A stretch of 64,000 bases of DNA. It comes from a virus. A program made the position numbers and the translations under genes. Location of the stretch: positions 1-64,000 of the IMG/VR virus record IMGVR_UViG_3300042505_000752; one strand, written 5' to 3'. Below are positions 26,719-37,446 of this stretch, piece by piece (positions within the stretch are counted from its first letter, which is position 1; each line of letters opens with the position of its first letter). A model generated the notes under the pieces. The model did not search any database. It had not been told where the DNA came from and worked only from the letters and a program-made list of their open reading frames with translations.

Positions 26719-29700
26719 TATGCGCTACCTCCATCTAGTCCAGAACTTGGGGAACCTACTTCAATCCAGAACGAATCATAATACACATACATTGCTCCAG
26801 TATCAGATTTGTACCACAAGTTACCTGCAACTGGCGCGGTTGGGGCAGTATCAGATACTGCGATAAGAGCAACCGTGCCTGAAGCGTTAGGTAAAGTAAT
26901 TGTTTTATCGGAACCAGTCGGTTCAGTGACAGCAAGTGTTGTTTCAAAGCCATCGGCAGTTGCACCTTCAAAAACAACCGACCCTGTTAGGGCAATATTG
27001 CCTGCAACATCTAGTTTTTCGGTTGGTGAGGCAGTACCAATACCAACATTGCCTGATGAGTCAATACGCATACGAACCGTAGCGTTAGTAGTAAAGGCTA
27101 ATGTAGTTGCACCTTCAGAACCAATAAACGGTGTATTGCCAGTAATAGAACCAAGTAGCAAACGACCACTTGTAGTAGTGCCAAAAGCACCTGACACATT
27201 GGTTTGCGAAGAAACTGTGTTGCTACCCAAAACTTCAAGTCTTGCCACTGGAACGGTAGTGGCGATACCAACATTGCCTGCGTTGGTAATACGCATACGC
27301 TCGGCGTTTACAGATGCGCCATTGGAAGTGGTGAAAAAAGTTATACGACCAGGAACACTACCTGTTGCTACGGTACCATCAACATTAGCCGTAATTTGTG
27401 CTGCAATAGGGTCTAGTGTTGTTCCATCCGCACCAGCAAACATCAAATTTGCAATGCTGTCACCATCAACAAGTGCTGTTACTGCACCAGCAGTAGTGCC
27501 ACGACTTTTACCCAGAACAAAACGCAGACCATTACTGTCGGCTCTGTTAAGAACAGAAGTAAATGCAGTTAATCCACCGCTTCCTTGTTCATTGAAGATT
27601 TGGTTTACTACAGCAGTTTGAAAAGAACCACCAACACTTCTACGACTGGTTGCACCTACTAAAAGATTACCAGTAGAGTCAACTTTGAACTGTGATGCTC
27701 CACCAGAGTCCTGAACATCAATGAAATCTCCTGATTGTGATGCAGCACCCTTGACGACTAAAACTTTAGCGGCGGCAGTAGAAGTTGTAACTATTGTTCC
27801 GTTTGAAGCAAATGTGGCAATGTCTGTAGTGCCCGAACCAATACGAACATCCTGTGCGGATGTGCCACCAAAAGCAACATAGCCCATATCGGTTGCATCA
27901 ATAGTTCTTTGAATTTTAGCCTGAGCAGTAGTCCAATCCGCACCAGTAGATACACGCCTATATTTTGTATAGACAATGTCTTGATTGTTGTTTGTTGCCC
28001 TAACTTGTGTAGCAATAAGTTCATCACCAGCAGTGCCGCCGAGTGCACCAGCAAAAACATGAAGTGCAGAGTTAGGTGAAGCGGTGCCGATACCGACACG
28101 ATTATTGGTTGCATCAACAAATAAAGTACTTGTATCTACTGTTAAATTGCCAGATACTGTTAGTGCAGTCAAAGTGCCGACACTAGTAATTGCTGTTTGA
28201 GCCGCACCAGTAACAGTTGCCGCACTACCAGACACATTGCCTGTCACATTACCTGTCAATGGACCAGCAAAAGCCGTAGCAGTAACTGTGCCGACAACTT
28301 GAAGGGCTGTTGCTGGTGATGCAGTTCCAATGCCGACATTTCCAGCACTATTGATACGCATACGCTCAGTATTGCTAGTGCTGAAAATCATTGGGGCTAC
28401 TTCTTGGGTAATAATGCTAAGAGCACCAGTACCACGATGAAGTAACTCACTGGCTGCGTTTGCACCAGTGTTGCCACGCAAAAGCCTCAACCCATAATCG
28501 GTATAAGTAGCGTCACCAATTAAATCAATATAGGAATAACCATTTCCAGTTCTACCAAAACCAACTTTAGTTTTAGCATCACCTGTAGTAATATTTGAAG
28601 CAACAAACAAGTTTCCTGACGAGTCAACTTTGAACCGTGATGCTCCACCAGATTCCTGAACATCAAAGAAATCGCCCGCTTGTGATGCTACACCTTGAAC
28701 AATCAATGCTTTATTGGCAGCAATGCTTGGAGTAAAAGTGGTTGTACCTCGTACCAAAATATCGGTAGTAGACCCACCCGAAAGACGAATACCATAAGCA
28801 GTATCCGACCAGGGTGCAATGACAAACGATCCTCTTGATGTAGTTGAGTTTGCTCCAGACGCAATAATTCCTTTTGACCCAGCGGTAACTATGCCGTTGT
28901 AGGAACCAGCACCCATATCGTTAAACAGGTTTAGCGACCCTGAACCTGAAACACCATTAAGCGTCACTACTGGGTTAGCACTATTAGTAGTGCTACCACT
29001 AAAGGTTGCTGCTGTCGTAGCGTTAGAAACTGTCAACCCAGTCAAAGTACCTACAGAAGTAATTGCTGTTTGAGCCGCACCAGTAACAGTTGCCGCAGTA
29101 CCCGTAGTGTTTTGGTTGAGCGTAGGAATATCAGCAGCAACAATTGCTCTAAATGTAGGAACTCCAGCAGACCCGTTAGGTGCCGCTAAGACATAGTTGG
29201 CAGTCTTAGAAGCGTATGGGTTTTGTGTATCTCCATAACTAGCCGCCAAAGAAACGGTAGCCGATGAACCCTCGCCAGCAGTATGCGCCACAGATACAGG
29301 ACTTGTTCCAGAAATGCCCGACATGTAGTTACCTGTCGTATCTGTACCAAGGTCAATAGCGTCATTAACCCATGCTGTGCCATTCCATTTAAGGAAGTCT
29401 CCAGACGATGGGGATGGGGCGGTTACATCAGTAAGACCATCTAGGGTTGTCGCTCCTCCACCACCCACAAGGTTTGTTGTGGCTGCCGCCGCTCCACCAG
29501 TTATGTCAATGTAGAAACCTCTGTTAGTTCCCCCATTTTCATAAAAACGCAACCTATTTTGGTTAACATCAATGGTTACGCCAGTTACAATTGTTGTGTT
29601 TGTTGACGCTTTGCTGAGGAATATCTCCCCACCCTCGTCACCATTGCTGTATACAGATTCAAGGTTTCCATTTACTTTTATGCTTGTACCGTCGTATTGA

Positions 29701-30884
29701 AGCCCAGAACTACCTGTTGCGACATTAGAACTATTTTTATAAATAATCTGGTTAGCAGAACCTGGATATGGGATATCAGTAGCAGTTAATGCTCTGAACG
29801 ATGGGGCACCACTAGAACCATCAGGGGACGCTAAGACATAATTAGCAGTCTTTGACCCATATGGGTTTTGTGTGTCACCATATCCACTTGATAAAGAAAC
29901 CGTTGCCGAAGAACCTTCAGAGGGAGTATGGGAAACAGACACGGGACTAGTACCCGAAATACCAGACATATAGTTACCTGTGGTATCTGTACCGAGGTCA
30001 ATAGCATCTGCTACCCACAATGAACCGTTGTACTTTAGGAACTCTCCAGAAGCAGGTGAGGGCAAACTCACATTATGAAGTTCATCTAGTTCATATCCAT
30101 TTTGGGTAGCAACATAGATAATGCCGTTATTAGTGGCACGAACTACTACACCAATGAATACCAAGTGGTCTGGTGCTGTGGGTTTAGTTTTCGTAAATGC
30201 GCCAGCCTCGCCCAACCATAAAACATCTCCAGCGGTATACCCAACCGATAGATCAATACCATCTACATATCCCTGTGTTACAACTACACCATTTTCGCTT
30301 GCTAAAATATTTGCACTAACAACACCAACAGTTTTGGATGAAGTGGTATCGCTATTGTTATCTGCTCGTTTAACAGTGGCATGATCACCTGTTGCGCCAA
30401 ACAAATAGACACAAGTACCAGTTGTAATAGTTGTTGCTTCAGCATTTCTTACATATACGCTGCTTGGAGAATTTGCGTTAACCCAGTTAGTACCGTTGTA
30501 CTCAAGAGTTTGAAACTCTAAGGGTGTTGTAATAACAACATCTGAAAGGTCATTTAAGGCACCAACACTACTGCCCGTTGCTGGGAGAAACTTTGTGCCA
30601 TTGTACTTAAGAACTTGATCTGTAGTAGCACCAGTCGTATCTACTTCAATGCCATCAATAAAAAGTACAGGAACCTTTAGAGTGTCATCAGTTTTAAGGA
30701 CACTGGCAGAATCGCGATAAATGTTAGTATCAACAGCATTAGTTCCATCACCCCACGAAATCTTTCCACCCGCATCAATACTCAGACGAGGATTAGCATC
30801 ACCACTAACGCCAACATCTAAGGCGGTGTCTGCTGCTGTATTAAAAAATCGTGCGCGGATAGCCGCGAAAAACTTGTTTGCCAT
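26718..30884 (-). CDS. Long tail fibre
   Basis: 1388 aa, Thr/Gly/Ser-rich, with repeated ERMRI.S.GNVGIGT.SP units and internal duplications. Confidence 0.85.
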   Translation of the reverse strand: MANKFFAAIRARFFNTAADTALDVGVSGDANPRLSIDAGGKISWGDGTNAVDTNIYRDSASVLKTDDTLKVPVLFIDGIEVDTTGATTDQVLKYNGTKFLPATGSSVGALNDLSDVVITTPLEFQTLEYNGTNWVNANSPSSVYVRNAEATTITTGTCVYLFGATGDHATVKRADNNSDTTSSKTVGVVSANILASENGVVVTQGYVDGIDLSVGYTAGDVLWLGEAGAFTKTKPTAPDHLVFIGVVVRATNNGIIYVATQNGYELDELHNVSLPSPASGEFLKYNGSLWVADAIDLGTDTTGNYMSGISGTSPVSVSHTPSEGSSATVSLSSGYGDTQNPYGSKTANYVLASPDGSSGAPSFRALTATDIPYPGSANQIIYKNSSNVATGSSGLQYDGTSIKVNGNLESVYSNGDEGGEIFLSKASTNTTIVTGVTIDVNQNRLRFYENGGTNRGFYIDITGGAAAATTNLVGGGGATTLDGLTDVTAPSPSSGDFLKWNGTAWVNDAIDLGTDTTGNYMSGISGTSPVSVAHTAGEGSSATVSLAASYGDTQNPYASKTANYVLAAPNGSAGVPTFRAIVAADIPTLNQNTTGTAATVTGAAQTAITSVGTLTGLTVSNATTAATFSGSTTNSANPVVTLNGVSGSGSLNLFNDMGAGSYNGIVTAGSKGIIASGANSTTSRGSFVIAPWSDTAYGIRLSGGSTTDILVRGTTTFTPSIAANKALIVQGVASQAGDFFDVQESGGASRFKVDSSGNLFVASNITTGDAKTKVGFGRTGNGYSYIDLIGDATYTDYGLRLLRGNTGANAASELLHRGTGALSIITQEVAPMIFSTSNTERMRINSAGNVGIGTASPATALQVVGTVTATAFAGPLTGNVTGNVSGSAATVTGAAQTAITSVGTLTALTVSGNLTVDTSTLFVDATNNRVGIGTASPNSALHVFAGALGGTAGDELIATQVRATNNNQDIVYTKYRRVSTGADWTTAQAKIQRTIDATDMGYVAFGGTSAQDVRIGSGTTDIATFASNGTIVTTSTAAAKVLVVKGAASQSGDFIDVQDSGGASQFKVDSTGNLLVGATSRRSVGGSFQTAVVNQIFNEQGSGGLTAFTSVLNRADSNGLRFVLGKSRGTTAGAVTALVDGDSIANLMFAGADGTTLDPIAAQITANVDGTVATGSVPGRITFFTTSNGASVNAERMRITNAGNVGIATTVPVARLEVLGSNTVSSQTNVSGAFGTTTSGRLLLGSITGNTPFIGSEGATTLAFTTNATVRMRIDSSGNVGIGTASPTEKLDVAGNIALTGSVVFEGATADGFETTLAVTEPTGSDKTITLPNASGTVALIAVSDTAPTAPVAGNLWYKSDTGAMYVYYDSFWIEVGSPSSGLDGGSA

Positions 30885-30926
30885 TGAGCCTCAACTCAAA
30901 ATAAGTGACCCCGCAAGGTCTATGAT

Positions 30927-32204
30927 TTAACCCGTTACTACGATTCTGTAGGAAGAAGCACCGGGCGCAACACTAAAAGTAACTATAACTCTATTTACAG
31001 TTGACCGAACAATATCTGCAAAAACCGTGTCATATGATGTGATGTCATAAACTTGGACGGTGACATCGCGCGTATTGAAGTTGTGGTCAATATCAAAACT
31101 TGTTGCAACACCCGTAACTGTCTGCGACGCAACGCGAGCCAACGCAGGGGTGTTGGTAGTGCCACCAGTGATATCTCCTGCAAGGTTGGTTCGTGCGCCA
31201 CTAGCAGTACTAGAGTTAGTACCACCAGCAGCAACGGAAATATCAGTAGCGTTCCATGTGCCTGTAGTAATAGTTCCAAGGGTCGTGATGGTTGACTGAC
31301 CAGCATATGTAGAAGCAATGTCTACGGAGTCAGCATTAACTGTAATGCGGTCTGTTGTGCCGCCAACATCAAGAGTATTACCGCTCTTGGTAAGACCAGC
31401 GCCAGCAGTGATCTGACCAGCGCCAGAGAACTGAACAAAAGTTAATCCTGTTGTTCCAAGTGTGATCGTGTCATTTGTTGACAGAACCCAGCCAGAGTCA
31501 GCATTTATGGTACCTTCAGAGACAAAGGTGAACATTCCCGATGTAACTTCTGCCGAAGTGTCAGCATCAGTTGCTCGCACAGCGGCACCAGTTGCCTGAA
31601 CTACATAAATACCGTTTTCCGAAGCGGTATCTTGGTTTTTTACAAGAACACGGTTGCCAGTAGCAAGTGTTACCCCGTCAATAACATCGCCATTCTCCAA
31701 AGCAGAGGCAAGAAGAACCGAGGCAGTTGTGGCGACCCTCACAGACTCCTTGACATCAAGACCCGAACGGGTGGCATCTACATATGCCTTGTTGGCTGCA
31801 TCAAGATCATTTGATGGAGCGGCAACTTGTAGCCGACCATCAGCATCACGCTTAGCAAGCGTGCTACCAGTACTAGATGCCGTGGAGTTATTAAGCAGAG
31901 TATAGAAAGCACTTGTTAAAAGACCAGCATTTGACCCGTCAGCAAGGTTGAGAGTAAGGGTGATTTCTCCAGCATTAGTTTCACCAACGGTCAGGGCGCT
32001 AGCGTAGGTTCCAGCAGATGTAACGCCGTTGATGAGCGTTTCCCAAGCCGTACCAGTGTAATACTTTACAGCATCGTCGCCCGTATGAAAAAACATACGA
32101 CCTTCAAATAGGTTTGTACTAGGATCAGCGCCAAGTTTTTCAAATGTACCATTTAGAATCTGATTGTTATTCAGATCTAAATTTGTAAGAAATTTTGTTG
32201 CCAT
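30927..32204 (-). CDS. Tail fibre/attachment protein
   Basis: DAANKAYVD and GLDVKESVRVATT...GNRVLVKNQ...ENGIYVV fibre motifs. Confidence 0.75.
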   Translation of the reverse strand: MATKFLTNLDLNNNQILNGTFEKLGADPSTNLFEGRMFFHTGDDAVKYYTGTAWETLINGVTSAGTYASALTVGETNAGEITLTLNLADGSNAGLLTSAFYTLLNNSTASSTGSTLAKRDADGRLQVAAPSNDLDAANKAYVDATRSGLDVKESVRVATTASVLLASALENGDVIDGVTLATGNRVLVKNQDTASENGIYVVQATGAAVRATDADTSAEVTSGMFTFVSEGTINADSGWVLSTNDTITLGTTGLTFVQFSGAGQITAGAGLTKSGNTLDVGGTTDRITVNADSVDIASTYAGQSTITTLGTITTGTWNATDISVAAGGTNSSTASGARTNLAGDITGGTTNTPALARVASQTVTGVATSFDIDHNFNTRDVTVQVYDITSYDTVFADIVRSTVNRVIVTFSVAPGASSYRIVVTG

Positions 32205-32216
32205 TGAATTTATCCT

Positions 32217-32702
32217 TTAGGTCAAATACGCATAGCCCGAAAAAGGCGCAGTAAATGATATCCGCACCTGAGATGTACTTATATATGATACTTCCCCGAT
32301 AACGGTTGTAGATGCAGTATCAACTACAGTTACGCTTGGATACCCACCTAGAATGTGATTAATGGTCCATGTGGAGGACGCTGATGCCTGAGTGTGGACA
32401 TGACGAGTCGTTGCACCAGGGACGAAAAATGGGGATGCAGGCCATCCTGACTCAGTTTTTGGTCCCCATAATGAACTATTTGTAGTATTTACATATATTT
32501 CACCAACTCTGCCAATGTTGGAGGTTGGGTTTGTGGTCCCAGTTAGAATTCCAAGACCTTTTGACCCCGAAATACCAACTAGCGAAACAAGAACATTGGT
32601 AGTTTCTTCATTTACAGAAACAAGGTTGCGTAATTGATCTGGGGCATTTTCAATATTTAATTTTGTTACTTCTTGGACTACTGAGACATTGACATCGGTC
32701 AT
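32217..32702 (-). CDS. Fibre-associated protein
   Basis: HTQASASSTWTINHILG.YPSVTVVD motif. Confidence 0.65.
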   Translation of the reverse strand: MTDVNVSVVQEVTKLNIENAPDQLRNLVSVNEETTNVLVSLVGISGSKGLGILTGTTNPTSNIGRVGEIYVNTTNSSLWGPKTESGWPASPFFVPGATTRHVHTQASASSTWTINHILGGYPSVTVVDTASTTVIGEVSYISTSQVRISFTAPFSGYAYLT

Positions 32703-33046
32703 CTAGTGACCTCTAATTCAAGTTTTATTTTACCTTTTAGTATACGGAATACCCTGCCTTGCGCGTCAATGATTTCAATGTCATATACGCCATCCGAGGT
32801 CATGACAGCGGTATTTGCGGCAAGGATAACCAGAGTAATTGTTCCCGCAACACCACCAAGTGTAATTCCACCATTTTCAGTAGTTAACGATCTGACGACA
32901 GTACTAGAGTCAATTTCTGTTCTAATTTGCATACGAGCGGTAAAACCCGTCAAATCATATATTGAATCATCAGAGTTAGTTATGGTTACAACACGCTCAA
33001 AATGAGCGCCCTGGTCAATTGTAAAGTTATAATTGCCAGCAAGCAC
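32699..33046 (-). CDS. Fibre/baseplate adaptor-like protein
   Basis: NFTIDQGA...DLTGFTARMQIR. The likely start is GTG at 33046 after GGAGG. Confidence 0.65.
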   Translation of the reverse strand: MLAGNYNFTIDQGAHFERVVTITNSDDSIYDLTGFTARMQIRTEIDSSTVVRSLTTENGGITLGGVAGTITLVILAANTAVMTSDGVYDIEIIDAQGRVFRILKGKIKLELEVTR

Positions 33047-33116
33047 ACTAAACCTCCAAAACAATGGCTACAACTAATTCTAGCCCTAAATGCGACAGTT
33101 TTATAGCATATAAGCA

Positions 33117-33147
33117 AACGGAGCGGTCAGGAGGGTACCGCTCCGTT
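33117..33147. terminator. Stem-loop, probable terminator
   Basis: AACGGAGCGGT/ACCGCTCCGTT 11-bp inverted repeat in the intergenic gap. Confidence 0.6.
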
Positions 33148-33168
33148 GCTCTCCTTGTCGGGAGGACC

Positions 33169-33435
33169 CTAATCTTCGTCAGAATCTTCGTCTAGGTCAT
33201 CATTATCGCTATAAAAGAATGATGCATCTAATTCCCTAGTCATCATAATTTCCTTGGCGCAATCAAGCATCCCCGCCCCAAGCCAAGTAGTCATCCCATC
33301 GGATGTGCCAAGGTGAAGGTCGCGAGAATCATTATCAAGCACTTCGGCAATAATGATCCAGTTTGTGATCATTTGCTCTGGGAATGCCTCAGATATTAGA
33401 CCCTGTAGATCTTTATCATCGTAAGGATTTCCCAT
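33169..33435 (-). CDS. Acidic hypothetical protein
   Basis: 88 aa. TGcTAAAAT lies 6 nt upstream of the ATG. Confidence 0.7.
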   Translation of the reverse strand: MGNPYDDKDLQGLISEAFPEQMITNWIIIAEVLDNDSRDLHLGTSDGMTTWLGAGMLDCAKEIMMTRELDASFFYSDNDDLDEDSDED

Positions 33436-33523
33436 TTATATATTTTAGCAGTCAAATGAGACTCAAGACTTATGATGCCTCATGCCACATATCCCACCAC
33501 AAATATCATTTACTGTGACTAAG

Positions 33524-33748
33524 TTAAGGCATGTCTGGGAATTCAACAGTGTAGGCTGGTGTCCATGTTTCGGGGAAGTCTCGCAAGGCTTGACGATAAT
33601 TACCCCAAGCAGTCTTATTAGTTGGGGTGTCTGGAATCATCGCCCAGTCGGAGGTAACCAAAAGTGCGTCACGGCGTAGCCTCATTCGTTCTATCAACCA
33701 TTCGTCGGGTGCTTCAGTTTCGTGGGGTGCTAATAGGTTCATGTTCAT
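33524..33748 (-). CDS. Tail fibre assembly chaperone
   Basis: RLRRDALLVTSDWAMIPDTP...YRQALRD...P motif; start at the ATGA overlap. Confidence 0.8.
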   Translation of the reverse strand: MNMNLLAPHETEAPDEWLIERMRLRRDALLVTSDWAMIPDTPTNKTAWGNYRQALRDFPETWTPAYTVEFPDMP

Positions 33749-34317
33749 GCCGCCTGATAATACATTGACCAAAAAATGATGTCGGTACTTGCCCATGTAA
33801 ATGGAATTGAATTTGTGATTGGCGATGCTGAAAGATAACTACCTGTCAATGATTGAGAGGCTAACGACGCTATACCTGAAAAGCCCTCAATGTTGCGAAT
33901 CAACCCGACATAATTGACTGAGGCACTCACATCGCGCATATTAACAAAACCGCTATATGTTCCACTAGTGCTTGAAAAGGACGCGTCGCACCCAACGGGC
34001 AAAGTAACTTGTAAACCTGAAGTGTTGATTGATGTTCCTGGTCCCCATACGACACGCCCCCAATAATGCACAAAATCGTTGACACGACAATACTCGGCAG
34101 TCACTACTCCGTCACCAAGTGTCAGACCTGACGGGAAGGTTGGCGTGAACGAAAGGTAATTACCGATCACCGTATTGCCGATTCTTACTTTCGCCTCAAG
34201 TGCCTCAACTGCGTCGTTTAGGTCAGAGTGAGACAATGAATGAGACGGTGAAGTCAATAGGCTTGAAGCCGTTGGATTCGTGAAAGTATCTAAAGATGTG
34301 GGGAATGTGCTAGCCAT
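33745..34317 (-). CDS. Minor tail/fibre protein
   Basis: MASTFPTSLD...HSLSHSDLNDAVEALE N-terminus; position downstream of the baseplate genes. Confidence 0.6.
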   Translation of the reverse strand: MASTFPTSLDTFTNPTASSLLTSPSHSLSHSDLNDAVEALEAKVRIGNTVIGNYLSFTPTFPSGLTLGDGVVTAEYCRVNDFVHYWGRVVWGPGTSINTSGLQVTLPVGCDASFSSTSGTYSGFVNMRDVSASVNYVGLIRNIEGFSGIASLASQSLTGSYLSASPITNSIPFTWASTDIIFWSMYYQAA

Positions 34318-34356
34318 TATCTAGTCCTTTTATCCATGCTGTTTTAAAATATTATT

Positions 34357-35613
34357 TTATAGAAGTGTATCATTATAAGTGCCATCTGCATCGTCGTATA
34401 TGTTTGGCGATTCATATGTTGATACTACCGTATGGACATATGTGTAACCCATTGGTCGCGATAATTCGGCAGCACCCAAAACTGATGCGTCTGAACCTAA
34501 GCCAGTTGGAGTTTCGGAATCAAGGGTTTGAATAGTTATGACCCATGGGGAGGCAATTGGGTCTAATAGTATATTTACTGTCTTGGATGCGCTAAGTACA
34601 GTTTGTACTGAAGCAATAATTGCATCTCTAGTACCAGCATTATGCCCTGTTCTTGCAGTAGTAATCTGATTCCGTCGTCCCTGAACATAGTTACTATCTA
34701 CGGGGTTGTATAGTTCAATTTCCTGCCAGATGGTGGTGTCGTCGTTGTCTCCAGCGTCATCTATCGCATTGATAAATGTTGTCCATGTCTGGGGAAAGTT
34801 CCCCCAAGGAGTAGTTCCTCCAGTTGTTTGACTTAATTTAACTCCAACAATTTGAGCAAGCCATGGCAAAAAGTGATCTGAGGCTACTTGAGGCTCAACA
34901 AGATAACTTTTAGTAGAGTCATCATCGGGGTCATATCCAGAGGCTATGTCTAAATATGGGAAAGAATCTAATTGGTCTACCCCTTTTCCTGCATAGGCAA
35001 GACCAATATCCATAATCCTCATTAACGGGAAATTAGGGAAAGTTTGTTCAGAGTCTTTTTCTATAAAAAATGCTGGCATTCTTTGCATGCACATTCGTAA
35101 AAAAAGATTATTTCTTATTGCGTAGATGTTTGTTAATACTGGATGCCCTAAATAAATAGCAGCCTGATTATGATTAGTAATTTCTATTTTTACTGTAAAT
35201 TTAGTTGTACCTTCTGTTGGTTGTACTTTAACTTCTGGACCGCGAATAACTCCCCATGTCAAAGCATTTAAAATTGTAGTAATAGATTGACTTTCACCAT
35301 ACGATGAGGTGATTGTAACAACTACTGTAACTTTAGATTCACAGTAAATGTGACCGTAAAATGTCACATAGTCATTACTGTATACTGACGGTAAAGATAC
35401 ATTACTTCTCGTTAATGTGACAACATTGAGTGAAGAAGGGACAGTTTTTAGCGTGTGATACTGGTCAAAAAATCTAAAAGAAAAATCAACACTTGACGAA
35501 CCACCGATAGTTGTCCATGAGCCGACGCTTGTGTCAAAATAACAATCTTCTACACTCAAAAAGTTTGTACAGTTAGCACTTAGGTTTTCAATAGCCTCTA
35601 AACTTGTAGCCAT
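34357..35613 (-). CDS. Baseplate wedge protein (P2 gpI/Mu gp48-like C-terminal part)
   Basis: FLPWLAQIVGVKL and GTRDAIIASV; it directly follows the gpJ-like gene. Confidence 0.65.
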   Translation of the reverse strand: MATSLEAIENLSANCTNFLSVEDCYFDTSVGSWTTIGGSSSVDFSFRFFDQYHTLKTVPSSLNVVTLTRSNVSLPSVYSNDYVTFYGHIYCESKVTVVVTITSSYGESQSITTILNALTWGVIRGPEVKVQPTEGTTKFTVKIEITNHNQAAIYLGHPVLTNIYAIRNNLFLRMCMQRMPAFFIEKDSEQTFPNFPLMRIMDIGLAYAGKGVDQLDSFPYLDIASGYDPDDDSTKSYLVEPQVASDHFLPWLAQIVGVKLSQTTGGTTPWGNFPQTWTTFINAIDDAGDNDDTTIWQEIELYNPVDSNYVQGRRNQITTARTGHNAGTRDAIIASVQTVLSASKTVNILLDPIASPWVITIQTLDSETPTGLGSDASVLGAAELSRPMGYTYVHTVVSTYESPNIYDDADGTYNDTLL

Positions 35614-35614
35614 A

Positions 35615-37120
35615 TTAAATACTACTTACCGTTACTGAAGATACTGGTAAAGTTCCTTTATAAACAAAAACAGCATTACCAGATCCATCAATAGATGCTA
35701 GTTCTGTACTATTTGCATTAACGGTCATTGTAAATGAGTCAACATAGTCAACGCCATCAACATTTGCAACATCTGCAATTAATTGATTTTTACGAATTTC
35801 TGTTGTAAATGGGTATTCTAGTGGTGATAAATAGTTTGTAACAAAAGCATCAACCGCAGTCCGTACATCAAGAGATGAATATCCTTCTATTACTGCAATT
35901 GAAATAGATACTGAAATGTAAGCCAAGATTACATCAGTAACATATACCGTTAATCCGCCAACGCAACGAGACCTAATATCATCAGCGACTACACCCTTTT
36001 CTTCCGCGGTCAAACTAGCGCCAGTTGAGTCAGATAAAAATACTGTAACAGCGCCAATTTGGTTAGAACTACTAAATGCAAGGGTGTCAAGAATTTCAAC
36101 TTCTGGAGAATAAGTTGGAGTAGTTAGAATTGTTGTAGCAACCCCAGAATAAACGGCATCGGCAGTAACTGTGCCACTAGTACCTGGGTCGTTGGATACT
36201 GCCCAGATTCCCTCATAGGACGCAATGTTTGTATTTGAAATTCTAATAGTGGAAGCACTGCTCATATTGGGGAGAGACGCGGTAGGGAGTGTATAAATAC
36301 TCCTACCAGTAGTTCCGTATGAAATGGCATGGTAGCCAGTTCCAGTATTAGTAAAACTTGAACGGAGTGTACCTACGCCAACAACCTTACCAAGCGAGTC
36401 TGCTTCTAATTTAATTACCCGAGTTAAGTCGTATGTAGCAACACGATAAGTATCAGAATAATTTGTCAAAATATAATCTGTTGTCTGAGATGCTGTCGCC
36501 AATGAACGACTAAGACTTCCAAGGTATGTTCGTGCACGGGAGAAGAATTCAGCATCTGTTTCGGTTGCTTTGCCTTGGGTCAAATTTCCATTAAATTCTG
36601 CATCAATTAATTTGACAATAGGACTCAAAATTGTTAAAATTGTGCCATCAGCAATAACTGGCTTCACACCCGAGGTAATTGCCTTAATTTGCGTTGAAGC
36701 AGACTGCGTATCACCAGCATCAATAGTGACTGATGCTGTGGTTTCAAAGATATGGAGAATTGACTGATCGTCAGTAATTTCTGTATACCCGACTTGAGTA
36801 CCAGCGGGAATTGTCAATCCTGAATTATCAATTGCAGAGAAAATAACAGCACCTGAAGCAAATGTTGACTCAAGGCGATAAAAGCCCATAACACGAAGCA
36901 TTCCTTCAATTAGGCTATTTGGAAGCCTATTGATTGCCCCCGTAACAACGCCTGAAACATAAGACATCGCTTGGAGCATGGCATCTTCCACTGTTCCAGT
37001 TCGTGGATTAAACTCTGGAAGCGCAATAAGAGCATATTCGCGGGCGAGGGAATATATGTCTGATGGCTGTAAGTCATTAACCGTAAGGTCAATGTATTCA
37101 CTAAAATCTGGTGATGCCAT
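35615..37120 (-). CDS. Baseplate J-like protein
   Basis: GLTIPAGTQV and GKATETDAEFFSRA; synteny. Confidence 0.85.
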   Translation of the reverse strand: MASPDFSEYIDLTVNDLQPSDIYSLAREYALIALPEFNPRTGTVEDAMLQAMSYVSGVVTGAINRLPNSLIEGMLRVMGFYRLESTFASGAVIFSAIDNSGLTIPAGTQVGYTEITDDQSILHIFETTASVTIDAGDTQSASTQIKAITSGVKPVIADGTILTILSPIVKLIDAEFNGNLTQGKATETDAEFFSRARTYLGSLSRSLATASQTTDYILTNYSDTYRVATYDLTRVIKLEADSLGKVVGVGTLRSSFTNTGTGYHAISYGTTGRSIYTLPTASLPNMSSASTIRISNTNIASYEGIWAVSNDPGTSGTVTADAVYSGVATTILTTPTYSPEVEILDTLAFSSSNQIGAVTVFLSDSTGASLTAEEKGVVADDIRSRCVGGLTVYVTDVILAYISVSISIAVIEGYSSLDVRTAVDAFVTNYLSPLEYPFTTEIRKNQLIADVANVDGVDYVDSFTMTVNANSTELASIDGSGNAVFVYKGTLPVSSVTVSSI

Positions 37121-37419
37121 TATGTATTCCTCTGCCTGAAGCCTAAACCGATTTCAACTACGCCTGATTCGGTTTCTGATATTTGAACATTATCAATCAT
37201 AATTTCTGGAATGAACGCTCCAGCGGTAAACGCCAAATCTCGCGTTAATGCGGCTTGAAATGTAGGGTCTTCAATTCCGTATGTTGGAGTTAATGGCAAT
37301 TCACCAGGGATAATCTGGATTGATAAAGCGAGCAATTGAGCGTAATAGTCATCTGTAAGATCTGTCAATTTTTTGACAGATCCATTATAAAATTGAATTG
37401 GAAAACGAAAAGTATCCAT
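37120..37419 (-). CDS. gp25/GPW-like baseplate wedge protein
   Basis: Size, GELPLTPTYGIEDP motif and position before gpJ. Confidence 0.75.
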   Translation of the reverse strand: MDTFRFPIQFYNGSVKKLTDLTDDYYAQLLALSIQIIPGELPLTPTYGIEDPTFQAALTRDLAFTAGAFIPEIMIDNVQISETESGVVEIGLGFRQRNT

Positions 37420-37446
37420 ATGACTATTTTGCCATCTTTTTAGTCA

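Noticed and set aside
21681-32000. Many plus-strand ORFs (for example 23660..24031, 24554..25099, 26809..27621)
   Set aside because: These are antisense shadows of Gly/Thr/Ala-rich fibre genes, where codon bias suppresses stops; they have no RBS or motifs.
5761-37430. AAAATAGT as a T4-like late promoter motif
   Set aside because: Only a few copies were noticed, one lies inside a small CDS (22423), and the rest are explained by ordinary TANNNT -10 elements.
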